A DNA stretch of 64,000 nucleotides, taken from positions 101,073 to 165,072 of the forward strand of contig JAZDFF010000031.1 in assembly GCA_043808095.1 (NCBI GenBank), read 5' to 3'. This document shows positions 46,902 to 57,256 of this stretch, piece by piece (positions within the stretch are counted from its first letter, which is position 1; the number at the start of each line of letters is the position of its first letter). This stretch comes from Candidatus Omnitrophota bacterium. GTDB taxonomy: Bacteria; Omnitrophota; Gorgyraeia; JAZDFF01. The position numbers and the translations under genes are program-made. The notes below the pieces were generated by a model. It had not been told where the DNA came from. It worked only from the letters and a program-made list of their open reading frames with translations, and made no database searches.

Positions 46902-46997
46902 TGAGACCGTTGAAGAAGCCTATTTTGAACAGATTAACACCCATACCGAAGAAAATCTGTGTCCATCTGTGTATAATTGAGCTTTTCAATACTCTCA
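46902..46997. repeat. GAGACCGTTGAA..TTCAATACTCTC inverted repeat enclosing ACAGAT/ATCTGT arms
   Basis: Imperfect outer IR and inner complementary arms read directly. Confidence 0.55.
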
Positions 46998-47058
46998 ATT
47001 TATAATTTGAAATTATATTATCATCCCTTTGACTCCATCTGTCAACATTTAAGATTAA

Positions 47059-48255
47059 TTAAGGCAACCTAAAAACCTCGGGATTACGTATCCTGATGAC
47101 GATTATTAATACCACGCAAATAATGCCGCCAAAGCTGACAATCAAAGGTGCCTGGATTAAATAAGCAAGCCAGCCTGCTAATAAATTGCCAAAAGGAGAT
47201 AACCCTAAGAATGTCAGGGTAAATACACTAAGCACCCTCCCGCGAAATTCATCTGTAATTGAAATTTGCAATAAAGTATTAATAATGGCCATGCAGATGA
47301 CGCTAAAGTAGCCCATTAGCAATACATAAAATAAGGCCATTTTAAAACTCTTATTTATCCCAAATAATATAAGAATTCCGGAAAACCCCAAGAGCATACT
47401 TAAAAGAATTTTTCCTTTAATTCTAAAACTGCTAAATTTTGCTAAACACAAAGAAGCAAATAATGCACCCAGGCCCATGAAAGACATAAGATATCCTAGA
47501 TAGACCGCGTCTTTCTTAAAGACCTCAATGACAAAAACGGGGAGCAGAATTACATAGGATATACCGAATAAACTTAAAACTCCCATTGTCGTTAGCAATG
47601 CCAAGATTACCCTGTCATGTTTAATAAACAATAATCCTTCTTTTAATTCAAACCAAAACCTTCCCTTGTTATTTTGGTGGCTACTTTTTGTGCGCATCAA
47701 AATAAGCGCAAATATTACTGCAAGAAAACTTACAGCATTTAAATAGAAACAACCTGCCATGCCGATACTTGCGATTAATATCCCGGCCAAGGCCGGGCCA
47801 ATGAACCTGGCAGAATTAAAGGCGGCAGAATTTAAGGCAATGGCATTCAAGAGATTAGGTCTACCTACTACTTCTACAACCATCGCCTGCCTTAGGGGTG
47901 CATCAAAGGCTAAAATTACCCCGTTTAAAAAAGCAATGATGATAATATCCCTTGTGGTGATAATTTTCAACTGGGTCATCGTCCCTAAGATAAAGGCAGA
48001 TACAAGGAACAAGGTCTGGGTAAAAATCAAGACCTTCCTTTTCTGAACCCTGTCAGCAATCACCCCGCCGAATAAGGAAAACATAAAAATCGGTATAGAG
48101 CTAAAAAATCCGACCAGGCCTAAAAGCAGGCTTGAGCCGGTCATTTTAAAGATTAACCAGCTCAAGGCAACCTGCTGGAGCCAGGTTCCGGTTAAAGATA
48201 TAAAACTACCAACCCAGAATAACCTAAAATCTCTGATTTTAAATGAGGAAAACAT
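47059..48255 (-). CDS. MFS transporter
   Basis: About 12 TMs, GGVIADRVQKRK; start moved to 48255. Confidence 0.9.
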   Translation of the reverse strand: MFSSFKIRDFRLFWVGSFISLTGTWLQQVALSWLIFKMTGSSLLLGLVGFFSSIPIFMFSLFGGVIADRVQKRKVLIFTQTLFLVSAFILGTMTQLKIITTRDIIIIAFLNGVILAFDAPLRQAMVVEVVGRPNLLNAIALNSAAFNSARFIGPALAGILIASIGMAGCFYLNAVSFLAVIFALILMRTKSSHQNNKGRFWFELKEGLLFIKHDRVILALLTTMGVLSLFGISYVILLPVFVIEVFKKDAVYLGYLMSFMGLGALFASLCLAKFSSFRIKGKILLSMLLGFSGILILFGINKSFKMALFYVLLMGYFSVICMAIINTLLQISITDEFRGRVLSVFTLTFLGLSPFGNLLAGWLAYLIQAPLIVSFGGIICVVLIIVIRIRNPEVFRLP

Positions 48256-48265
48256 TTTTTTGACA

Positions 48266-48747
48266 CCCTGCCTGCCTGCCCTTAGGAATTTTACAAATTG
48301 CAGATGGCGAATTTCTCGGGGCAGGCAGGCGTAAAAACGCCCGCCTACGCTAAAGCTTCGGCGGGCAGGCGCTAAAATGCAAAAAAAATCCCTGCCTGAC
48401 GGCAGGCAGGCGCAAAAACGCAAAATCATTTACCCGCCTTCGCAGAAAGCTACGGGCGTAAGCCCGTAGATGAATGCGTACAGTGGTGGGTATCCGCCAA
48501 AGATTTGTGGCGGATATGCTTCGGCGGGTTTCGCCGAAGCATGTGAAGAAGCTACAGCCGTAAGGCTTTAGAGCTTCACTTAGAATTTTTGCGCCTTTGC
48601 GGTAATTTTACGTCCTTCGATAAATGCTTCAACTTCGCTCAGCACTATTCGACGCATCGTGAGCTTGCCGAACGGCTCAGGACACATTTCCCGCTTTGCC
48701 ATTTAGAAGTTCGGGCGGGGATCCCTCTTATTAGCGGAAAGCGGTAT
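48266..48747. repeat. Largest nested palindrome composite (at least six unit types)
   Basis: Each sub-unit recurs elsewhere in the window. Confidence 0.85.
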
Positions 48748-48759
48748 AGGCTGGTTGGT

Positions 48760-49689
48760 TTAACTAACCTGCAAATCGTAAGTTGCTTCTATAGTTTTTA
48801 CTAAATCTACTAATATCGAATTTATTGGTGTTGGGATATTTAAACCCTGACCCTGGCGTACAATTACGCCATTGATAAAATCGATCTCTGTGCGTTTTTT
48901 TCTTAAAACATCCTGCAGCATAGAGGAAATGTTTGCGCTAGTTGCCTCGCAGACCGATTCTACTTTTGCAAGCGGGTCGTCATAAATAAGTTTAATCCTC
49001 TTTCTCTTGGCAATCCTTACGGCCTCAGCTACCGCCTCTCTTAAAATTCTGCGCGTACCCTCAAATTCTATAAGCCGGCCGTTATTAAGCCTGGTTATAG
49101 CGGTAAGCGCATTTATCCCCGCATTAATAATTAACTTTGACCAGATAAGGCCTTTTATGTCCCGGGAAATCCTGGCCTCTAGTCCTACCTTGTTAAAAAG
49201 CTCGCGGATGTCCCTTAACTGTACCGGAATCTTGCCATCGAGTTTACCGATAACTGTTTCGCCAGCTCCGGCGTGCCTAATTTTACCGGCCTCCAATAAA
49301 GTAGCGCCATGGTTAGTTATGCCGCCGATAACATTCTCGTCCCCGATGAGTTCGCTGATAATCTCAATATTACCAAGGCCGTTTTGGAGCGTAAGCACTA
49401 GAGTATTTTCACAAATCAATGGCTTGCTGAAATTAACCGCCCCTTTGGTATCATAGGATTTGACGCAGATTATAAGCAGGTCTGCGGGTTTTAATTCTTT
49501 TGGTTGGCAGGATGCCTTTACGACTGCCTGCCACTTACCTTTTATATCTTCAACCACAATTGCCTTTTCTTGGAGTATTCTGACCCGCTCAGGTCTTTTG
49601 TCTAAAAGAATAACCTCCGCGTCAGATTTAGCAAGGAACGCGGCAAATAAACTTCCCAAGGCACCTGGTCCGACAATAACGATACGCAT
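48760..49689 (-). CDS. panE: 2-dehydropantoate 2-reductase
   Basis: GPGALG, LQNGLG, WSKLIIN, SSMLQD, TEIDFING. Confidence 0.93.
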   Translation of the reverse strand: MRIVIVGPGALGSLFAAFLAKSDAEVILLDKRPERVRILQEKAIVVEDIKGKWQAVVKASCQPKELKPADLLIICVKSYDTKGAVNFSKPLICENTLVLTLQNGLGNIEIISELIGDENVIGGITNHGATLLEAGKIRHAGAGETVIGKLDGKIPVQLRDIRELFNKVGLEARISRDIKGLIWSKLIINAGINALTAITRLNNGRLIEFEGTRRILREAVAEAVRIAKRKRIKLIYDDPLAKVESVCEATSANISSMLQDVLRKKRTEIDFINGVIVRQGQGLNIPTPINSILVDLVKTIEATYDLQVS

Positions 49690-49811
49690 ATTTAGCCTCG
49701 TAATTTTTTTGAATCGCTATGATTATAATTCTTTTTTTATCACTGGTCAAATAAAATCTATCTTTAAAAATTTATTAAAAATATTTCTCGTATTTAAAAG
49801 TCTTCTGTTAT

Positions 49812-49951
49812 CCCTGCCTGCCGGCAGGCAGGGATACTGGTATCGAAACCGGTCTTCGATATTCGGGGCTCGATTTTTTTCATCATGTCTTCAAGCTTCC
49901 AGATTCCAGCCTCGATACAAGCATTCATAACTTAAAACCAGATTCAAGCAT
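49812..49951. repeat. CCCTGCCTGCCGGCAGGCAGGG palindrome plus TCGA-rich arm element
   Basis: Perfect palindrome at 49812-49833; arms similar to 34060-34195. Confidence 0.8.
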
Positions 49952-50025
49952 CTTTTGTCATCGGGGTATACGAAGTGTTGACATTATTGACATTAGGCGA
50001 ATTATATGTTAAAACTAAGCCACAT

Positions 50026-52206
50026 ATGGAGATCAAATCTCTTTCTAAAAAGTTTAATCTGCCCGAAGAATTGGTAAAGACCTTAGAGTCAGCCGGCCTC
50101 ACTAGCTTCTATCCACCCCAGGCCATGGCTATTAAAAGAGGCATATTAGACGGCGGAAATTTTGTTCTATCCTGTCCTACGGCTTCAGGAAAAACCCTGG
50201 TAGCAGAATTGTGTATGCTTAAAGACATTCTTCTGCATAAAAATAGGTGTCTTTATGTCGTGCCTCTTAGGGCCCTGGCCAGCGAGAAATACGAAGACTT
50301 TAAACAAAAATACAGCCGCCTGAATATTAAGGTAAATATTTCAACCGGAGAATTTGATACCAGCGGCCGAGACCTCGGAGGTTTTGATATCTTAATCGCC
50401 ACTTGCGAAAAAGTCGATTCGCTACTTAGGCAACGCTGTGAATGGCTTACAAATAATTTAGGGACAGTCGTCTTCGATGAAGTGCATTTTTTGAATGATC
50501 CAAGCCGGGGCCCAACTTTGGAGATATTAATATCCCGCATCAGGCAATTAAATTCCCGGACGCAGATTCTGGCATTAAGTGCTACTATAAGCAACGCCGT
50601 TCAAATCGCTAAGTGGTTAAATGCACAACTTATTGAAACTGACTGGAGGCCGGTGCCCCTAAAAGAAGGCGTTTATTTTGAGGATAAAATAAATTTTGAT
50701 GACGGAACCAGCAGGATTATAAATTTGGATATTAAACATGACATCGCAAAACTTGCCCTCGATACAGTTGGTGACGGGGGACAGGCCCTGGTATTTGTAA
50801 ACACCCGGGTATCTACCCAAACCCAGGCAAGGCTTATTTCAAAAGAGGCCTCAGGTTTTATTAAAGAGAGTGATAAAAAAGCCTTAACACAGATATCAAA
50901 AGAAATCCTCAATACCTTATCTGAACCTACCAAGATCTGTAGAAGGCTTGCTGAAACTGTAGCTGGAGGTATAGCCTTTCACCACGCAGGCCTGCATCCT
51001 AAACAAAGAAAGATAGTCGAGGATTATTTTAAGAAAAATATAATTAAGGTAATCTGCGCGACCCCGACTCTGGCCGCCGGAGTAAACCTGCCCAGCCGAA
51101 GGACCATTATCCGGGATTTTAAAAGATATTCGCCCGGCCTGGGACAGGATTTTATCCCGGTCTTTGAGTACAAGCAGTTTGCAGGGCGCGCCGGCCGGCC
51201 TCAATATGATAAAGTTGGCGAGTCTGTTCTCGTTGCCAAGACCGCGCTTGAGCGCAAGATGCTTTTTAGTGAATATGTCTACAAAGACCCTGAACCGATC
51301 CAATCAAGGCTGAATAATGTTGCAGCACTACGCACCCATGTCTTATCATGCATAGCTTCGGGATTTACGCATACGAGAGATGATTTATCCAGCTTCTTTA
51401 AAACCACCTTCTACGCCTTCCAAAATAATTCCCGGGATTTATCTTATGCCCTAGAATCTATCCTAAACTTTTTAAAAAATGAAGGCCTGATAAAAGAATC
51501 CCCGCATAATCTTAAGGCAACGATATTCGGTATACTCGCAAACAGACTTTATATTAACCCCCTCTCTGCCGTGATTATAAGAAACGGACTAAAAAAAGCC
51601 CGTACAAACACAAAGTATTTTTCCTTACTGCACCTTGCCTGCTGCTGCCCTGAAATCGAAGCCCTTGCCTTAAATAGGAACGATTACGAGGGCCTGAATC
51701 TATACTATGACATGAATGCAGATGAATTACTGCTTTCCTATGATGACCTGTCTGATTTATTTGACTTAGAGGATTATTTGGGTCAACTTAAGACTGCCTT
51801 AATGCTTGAAAAATGGATGGAAGAAGAAAAAGAAGAAATAATCTGCGAAGAATTTAAGGTTGGCCCGGGAGATATCCGAAGAATCATCGAAAGCGCGGAT
51901 TGGCTCGTGTATTGCTGCCATAAATTTGCCAGGCTCCTCGGCCATAAGGAGTTACTTGCCAAGATTGATCAGTTATCCACAAGGATAAACTACGGAATAA
52001 AAGAGGAATTACTGGAATTGGTAGGGCTGCGTGGCGTTGGTAGAGTCAGGGCCCGCAGCCTCTATAACCACGGATTCAACAGTTTGTTTAAAATCAGAAA
52101 CGCTAATATTAAGACTCTGGATAAAATTCCGCATATCGGAAAAAAAATTGCAATTAATATTAAGGAACAGCTCTTGAAGAACTCCTTGAGATTAATGCCT
52201 TATTAG
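50026..52206 (+). CDS. Ski2-like Hel308/Hjm-type helicase
   Basis: PTASGKT, PLRALASEK, DEVH, LSAT, FHHAGL, GRAGRPQYD, C-terminal GVGRVRARSLY HhH. Confidence 0.88.
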   Translation: MEIKSLSKKFNLPEELVKTLESAGLTSFYPPQAMAIKRGILDGGNFVLSCPTASGKTLVAELCMLKDILLHKNRCLYVVPLRALASEKYEDFKQKYSRLNIKVNISTGEFDTSGRDLGGFDILIATCEKVDSLLRQRCEWLTNNLGTVVFDEVHFLNDPSRGPTLEILISRIRQLNSRTQILALSATISNAVQIAKWLNAQLIETDWRPVPLKEGVYFEDKINFDDGTSRIINLDIKHDIAKLALDTVGDGGQALVFVNTRVSTQTQARLISKEASGFIKESDKKALTQISKEILNTLSEPTKICRRLAETVAGGIAFHHAGLHPKQRKIVEDYFKKNIIKVICATPTLAAGVNLPSRRTIIRDFKRYSPGLGQDFIPVFEYKQFAGRAGRPQYDKVGESVLVAKTALERKMLFSEYVYKDPEPIQSRLNNVAALRTHVLSCIASGFTHTRDDLSSFFKTTFYAFQNNSRDLSYALESILNFLKNEGLIKESPHNLKATIFGILANRLYINPLSAVIIRNGLKKARTNTKYFSLLHLACCCPEIEALALNRNDYEGLNLYYDMNADELLLSYDDLSDLFDLEDYLGQLKTALMLEKWMEEEKEEIICEEFKVGPGDIRRIIESADWLVYCCHKFARLLGHKELLAKIDQLSTRINYGIKEELLELVGLRGVGRVRARSLYNHGFNSLFKIRNANIKTLDKIPHIGKKIAINIKEQLLKNSLRLMPY

Positions 52207-52946
52207 ATTTTTAATAGTCGTGCTGAGTGCGGTCTTTTCTCCAGATGAAAACTCAGGAAATTCGTTAGCAGATTATATAGCTCTCCCCTAATTTTAAGGC
52301 CTATCCCCAACCTTAAGGCCTCCTGCAAGTTGGAATCCTCAATATGGCAAATTGTAGCAATGGTTCCCCTTAAGATATTTTTTGAGGGATAGCGATCGTG
52401 CTGGCCGCATTTTAAACAAACCAATCCTCCTCGATTAAAGTTGAATTTAGCAGCCTCCTGGATCTTCCTGCCGCAGACGAGACACGAATCAAGATGAGGC
52501 CTGAATCCCGATAGCATCAATGCCTTAATCACAAAGATATGGAATATTTTATCCGCATCATCTGTAATGCAGAAATTCTCTAAGGTCCATAAAGTCAGCG
52601 TAAAAACCTCAGGGTTTTTATCATCAAGTGGCATGAGATAATCAATAAGCTCCATAATATAACTACTCAATGTAAATGTTTTTAAATCCTTTTTTAAAGA
52701 AGTGAAGTCATCATGCTTTTCAAAATGCGTAACGAGATTAAGTTCAGTCTTCGTCTTTTTGTAAAAAATCATCTCGCCAAACTTTAAGGGTTCGATGAAC
52801 CCGCCAAATTTTTGGGGCTCGGTCCTTGCGCCTTTAAGAATGCCTTTTATCTTACCAAAGTCGCGGGTAAAAAATACGGCAATCTTACTTGTCTCCCTAA
52901 AATCGTATGTCTTTAAGACTATTGCCTCGGTTTTTTGGATGGCCAT
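52203..52946 (-). CDS. recO: DNA repair protein RecO
   Basis: TEAIVLK..FRETSKI..FTRDFGK, CLVCG..GGLVC..C; start moved to 52946. Confidence 0.9.
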   Translation of the reverse strand: MAIQKTEAIVLKTYDFRETSKIAVFFTRDFGKIKGILKGARTEPQKFGGFIEPLKFGEMIFYKKTKTELNLVTHFEKHDDFTSLKKDLKTFTLSSYIMELIDYLMPLDDKNPEVFTLTLWTLENFCITDDADKIFHIFVIKALMLSGFRPHLDSCLVCGRKIQEAAKFNFNRGGLVCLKCGQHDRYPSKNILRGTIATICHIEDSNLQEALRLGIGLKIRGELYNLLTNFLSFHLEKRPHSARLLKI

Positions 52947-52966
52947 TCTCTTGATAATTATAAAAC

Positions 52967-53143
52967 TAATGGAACACGAATGGACACTGATTACCCCGTG
53001 GAATTCGGAGAATTCCCGGGACTTAGTCCCTGAAATTGCAATTAAAATTGCAATTTCTAGGGGCACGCATCTGCCTGGCCGGCAGGCAGGAATAAACACG
53101 AATTTGTCTTCGGAATTTATTCGTGAGAATTCGTGTATCAGTT
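52967..53143. repeat. CACGAAT/ATTCGTG arms with an inverted three-hairpin core and GGCAGGCAGG unit
   Basis: Core 52994-53063 is a reverse-oriented relative of 1330-1396. Confidence 0.85.
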
Positions 53144-53159
53144 ATGTAAAGATTAATAA

Positions 53160-53594
53160 TTATTTTTGCAAATGCTTAAGATAATAACTTTGGCGCCTTT
53201 TCATAAGTAGTTTTTCACTTTTAGTAATATCACCATAACCCAATAAATGAAGAAGCCCGTGAATAATATAAAGCATTAATTCATCCCGTGGTGAATTCTT
53301 ATAGAGCTTAGAATTTCTTAGTGCAGTTTGAGTAGATATTGCTATGTCGCCTAAAAGACGGGGTTTGGTTTTTAGGGGTTTTGTTTGGTCTATTGGAAAT
53401 GCTAAAACATCGGTGGGATAATCGCGGCCAAGAAAATGCTTGTTTAATTTTCTAATCTTGAAATCATCAACAAGAAGAATAGATACCTCAAAATCTAGAT
53501 CACCCTCCTTAAGAAGTATGAATTGAATTAGGTCGGTGATTCTCTTCGCGTTTATGCGAATTCTTCTTTGCCGATTCTTTATCTTGACTTCCAT
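53160..53594 (-). CDS. ybeY: rRNA maturation RNase YbeY
   Basis: PTDVLAF, LGDIAIS, HGLLHLLGY. Confidence 0.93.
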   Translation of the reverse strand: MEVKIKNRQRRIRINAKRITDLIQFILLKEGDLDFEVSILLVDDFKIRKLNKHFLGRDYPTDVLAFPIDQTKPLKTKPRLLGDIAISTQTALRNSKLYKNSPRDELMLYIIHGLLHLLGYGDITKSEKLLMKRRQSYYLKHLQK

Positions 53595-55644
53595 CTTCCT
53601 GGTCTGGATACTTAATCCTGGCGTGGCAAGTGGCACTTAAAATATGGATAAATGTCTTGGCGATCTTTTCAAGGTCTTTTAAGGTCAAATCGCATTCATC
53701 AAGCTGACCGTCAATAAATTTGTTATTAATAATTTTGTGAACGACATTCTCAATCTTCTGAGGAGTCGGTTCCTCAATACTGCGGCTTGCCGCCTCGACA
53801 GAATCGGCCAATAATACTATGGCTATTTCCTTGGTCTGGGGCCTTGGCCCAGGATAACGGAATCCCTCTTCCCTTACCTCTTCGTCCTGTTCAAGTTCCT
53901 CGAGGGCCCGGCGGTAAAAATAATAAACCAGGCTTGTGCCGTGATGCTGCTCAACAAAATCTCGGATCGTATTCCTTAATTTGAACTTCTGGCCTAATTC
54001 TAGCCCGTTTTTGACATGATTTACAATAATTAATTTACTCATTGAAGGGCTCAAATTATCATGTTTACTCTCATCGTCAGTCTGATTCTCGCTAAAATAT
54101 TCTGGTTTTTCGATTTTTCCGATGTCATGATAATAAGCACCGACCCTAGCCAAAAGGGCATTCGCCCCTATTGCCTCAGCTGCTGCCTCAGAGATATTGC
54201 CTACGATTAAGCTGTGGTGATATGTACCAGGGGCCTTTAAAATCATCTCCCGTAATAATGGTTGGTTAAAATCGGATAGTTCTAATAGACTAATATTAGT
54301 GATAAAACCGAATATCCACTCAAAAATTGGCAGGATTACCATAAGCATTACTGCACAAAGCAGGCCATTTAATATACCAATAAGCCCGTCATTTAAGAAA
54401 ACTTCTACATTCAAATTATTATATAAACCTAATCCCACAACGCTAAAGAAATTAACCAGACTTACCATCAAACCGGCTTGTAAAATCTGAGCTCTTCTCC
54501 TGATCCCTAAAACCGAAACTATCCCCACGATACTGCCTAATAAGAAAATTATCGACATGCTTAGGTTAAAACCGAGACCTAACCCTAAGAATAAGCTCAG
54601 AAAAACGGAAAACAAAATTGCAACCCGGTTATTGTTTAAAAGCAGCATGATTGCCATAGGAAAAGCAGCAGCTGGAATAATCATGCTTGGAAGAGAAGAA
54701 AGGTTAATTATTTTACCTAATCCTTGGGCAAGCAAAGAAAGAAGGCCCAAAAGAAGTAAATTCCTGTTAAATAACAAGAATTCCTTTTCATAGAGTTTAA
54801 GAAATGTGAGGAATGTAATAATAAAAATCAATAGTATGAGGCCTATACCGCAGATAGAAATGATTGCTTCTTTTTTAATCCTCGCTTCTTTAGAAATTTC
54901 GTTAATCTTATTTAATTTGGCGATATAAGTTTTGGTGATTCGTCCGCCTTTCCCAATGATTAACTCTCCTCTTTTGACCTCAACCTGTTTATATTGTAGA
55001 GGCACTCTTTTTGCGGCTTCTATTTTTCTTAATTCTGTTGCTTCTCGATCAAACTTGAGATTGGGCTGGATCTTGGGAAGAAGCAAATCCACAACCTGAT
55101 TTCTCATTTTACTTGATTCAAAAATCTTGGCCGCTTCTGTCTCAAGTATTTTGGGTATATCCTTCTGTATTAATAAATCGGATAACAAGACCAGCCTCTC
55201 CGTGCCTTTAGTCTTGCCTATAATAGTAATCTTGTCCTTTTTCTCTTTTAAAAGGCTCGCCTCGTCGTCATTTGATAAAATAGCTTTAGCGGCTAATATC
55301 TCGTATAGGGGATAAATTTTAGGGAGTGAGTCTTTCAGTTCTTCGGGAATTGCCTCAGGAGCTAGAGTAAGCGCCGGCTGGCCATTCATAATATAAGTCT
55401 CTGGAACTGCCCGTATCGCCTCCGTCTGAAACTTTTTAGTCTTTTCTTCATCGACATCACCCTGATAAATAAAATCAAATGGCGAATAGATTGATATTAG
55501 CGAAACGTCTCCTTCAGGAAGCTCTTCGATGTATATCTTTTTTCCTAGGCCAAAAATTAATAATAGACCAAGGAATGTGGCGATTAATATAAATGCCCTG
55601 AATGCAATGTGGCCGAATTTTTTATTTTTCATTATTTCTTTCAT
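53509..55644 (-). CDS. 7TM-HDIG phosphohydrolase (PgpH-like)
   Basis: APGTYHHS, YYHDIGK, FRYPGP, LADSVEAA. Confidence 0.88.
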   Translation of the reverse strand: MKEIMKNKKFGHIAFRAFILIATFLGLLLIFGLGKKIYIEELPEGDVSLISIYSPFDFIYQGDVDEEKTKKFQTEAIRAVPETYIMNGQPALTLAPEAIPEELKDSLPKIYPLYEILAAKAILSNDDEASLLKEKKDKITIIGKTKGTERLVLLSDLLIQKDIPKILETEAAKIFESSKMRNQVVDLLLPKIQPNLKFDREATELRKIEAAKRVPLQYKQVEVKRGELIIGKGGRITKTYIAKLNKINEISKEARIKKEAIISICGIGLILLIFIITFLTFLKLYEKEFLLFNRNLLLLGLLSLLAQGLGKIINLSSLPSMIIPAAAFPMAIMLLLNNNRVAILFSVFLSLFLGLGLGFNLSMSIIFLLGSIVGIVSVLGIRRRAQILQAGLMVSLVNFFSVVGLGLYNNLNVEVFLNDGLIGILNGLLCAVMLMVILPIFEWIFGFITNISLLELSDFNQPLLREMILKAPGTYHHSLIVGNISEAAAEAIGANALLARVGAYYHDIGKIEKPEYFSENQTDDESKHDNLSPSMSKLIIVNHVKNGLELGQKFKLRNTIRDFVEQHHGTSLVYYFYRRALEELEQDEEVREEGFRYPGPRPQTKEIAIVLLADSVEAASRSIEEPTPQKIENVVHKIINNKFIDGQLDECDLTLKDLEKIAKTFIHILSATCHARIKYPDQEDGSQDKESAKKNSHKREENHRPNSIHTS

Positions 55645-56572
55645 AGGCCTGGATAATCTTTTGTACTAATTCGTGCCTTACAATATCTTCACCGGAGAAA
55701 AATATAAATTTAATCCCTTCGATATTACTAAGTATCTCTTTGGCCTCAAGTAAGCCTTGAGGTTTGCCTCCCGGTAAATCGCTTTGCGTAATGTCTCCGG
55801 TTATGACGGTCTTGGAATCAAAACCAAGGCGCGTCAAGAACATCTTCATTTGTTCGCCGGTACAGTTCTGAGCCTCGTCAAGAATAACAAATGCATCATT
55901 AAGTGTCCTTCCCCGCATATAGGCAAGAGGCGCAACTTCGATTATACCCATCTCCAAAAACTTCTCAATTTTTTCAGCATCAATCATATCATATAAGGCA
56001 TCGTATAATGGTCTCAGATAAGGGGATATCTTATCATACATATCACCCGGTAAATACCCGAGGCTCTCTCCTGCCTCAATTGCCGGACGGGTAAGGATTA
56101 TGCGCCTGACATCTGCCTTTTTTAAGGCCGAAACTGCCATGGCCATGGCTAAATAAGTTTTACCGGTACCGGCGGGGCCAATCCCAAAGACGATATCATA
56201 ATCCCTCATTGCCTCAACATATTCACTCTGGCCTTTGGTCTTTGGTCCGATGCGCCTGCCTTTTATAGTAACATCAATAAATTCCTCTCCCTTGGCGGAT
56301 AAATTCATAGGGCTTCCCTTTTTGATTGCATCAAGGTATAAAGAAATATCTCTTTGGGCGAGGTCATGGCCGCTTCTAATAACTTCTAAAAAATGCTGAA
56401 AAATCTTCTTGGTATTTTCAATGGCCTCTTGACCGCCAGAAATCTTAAGACCGTTCTCCTTGACCGCGATATTTACTTGTAATCTATCCTCAATGAGTTT
56501 AAGGTTTTCATCGCGATTTCCGAAAAGAAGCTTTAGATCGCCGGGTTTCGGAAGATTGATTGTTTCTTGCAT
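55622..56572 (-). CDS. phoH: PhoH-family ATPase
   Basis: GPAGTGKT, LAYMRGRTL, LDEAQN. Confidence 0.92.
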   Translation of the reverse strand: MQETINLPKPGDLKLLFGNRDENLKLIEDRLQVNIAVKENGLKISGGQEAIENTKKIFQHFLEVIRSGHDLAQRDISLYLDAIKKGSPMNLSAKGEEFIDVTIKGRRIGPKTKGQSEYVEAMRDYDIVFGIGPAGTGKTYLAMAMAVSALKKADVRRIILTRPAIEAGESLGYLPGDMYDKISPYLRPLYDALYDMIDAEKIEKFLEMGIIEVAPLAYMRGRTLNDAFVILDEAQNCTGEQMKMFLTRLGFDSKTVITGDITQSDLPGGKPQGLLEAKEILSNIEGIKFIFFSGEDIVRHELVQKIIQAYERNNEK

Positions 56573-56579
56573 TAGTGAG

Positions 56580-57071
56580 TTAATCCTTGGGTATTATTAA
56601 AACCTGTCCTGGATAAATCTTTGAAGGATTGCTAAGCTTATCGCGATTAGCATTATAAATTTTGGTCCATTTTTTGGTGGTACCAAATAATTTCTGGGAT
56701 ATCTTTTGCAATGTGTCATTCTTTTGTACTTTGTAGGTACGGACTGCTTTAGAAACAACTGCTGGTGCCTCTTCTGTGACTGCCTCTATTCCCATGGTCT
56801 CTATTGGCGTTATGGCTGGACTTACAGTTGTAGGTTTATTTTTGTCGAACTTTAAAGGCGAATGCAATTCTATTTCGACTACCCTGGTAGTACGGGTTGT
56901 TGGTCTTTGAGCTGTCGTTTCTTGTGCAGGAACTTTTCCCTGAATATAACCCTGGTTGCCGCTTAAATCTTGATCAATTCTGTCTCTTACCTGGTTATAA
57001 GTACGCACAACGCAGCCGCTCAGCACGAAAAGCAAAAAACTTAGGGCACAAATTAGTCTCAACGTTTTCAT
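56580..57071 (-). CDS. LysM lipoprotein
   Basis: LSGC lipobox; YKVQKNDTL.KIS..IYPGQVL. Confidence 0.9.
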   Translation of the reverse strand: MKTLRLICALSFLLFVLSGCVVRTYNQVRDRIDQDLSGNQGYIQGKVPAQETTAQRPTTRTTRVVEIELHSPLKFDKNKPTTVSPAITPIETMGIEAVTEEAPAVVSKAVRTYKVQKNDTLQKISQKLFGTTKKWTKIYNANRDKLSNPSKIYPGQVLIIPKD

Positions 57072-57091
57072 CTGTCTGCCTCCTTTTTAAT

Positions 57092-57250
57092 CGCAAAACC
57101 GCAAAATCAGCCTTTAGATACTCACACCGCTTCCCGCCGTAGCGGGATCCCGTCTCGGTGTAAAATGCAGAACGGGAAAACCGCCAAAATTATTCTTTGT
57201 GACCTTTGCGGTGTCTTTAACAATTATCTTACTTTGCGTTCTTTGCGGTT
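57092..57250. repeat. CGCAAA/TTTGCG arms with nested CGGGATCCCG palindrome
   Basis: ACACCGCTTCCCGC is the reverse complement of 29176-29189. Confidence 0.78.
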
Positions 57251-57256
57251 CTCCTT

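Noticed and set aside
48256-48429. N-terminal extension of the MFS ORF (LPSGR..RAGRQG)
   Set aside because: Translated palindromic repeats; the MFS domain starts at ATG 48255
52947-53099. N-terminal extension of RecO
   Set aside because: Runs through a repeat stack; canonical start MAIQKTEAIVL at 52946
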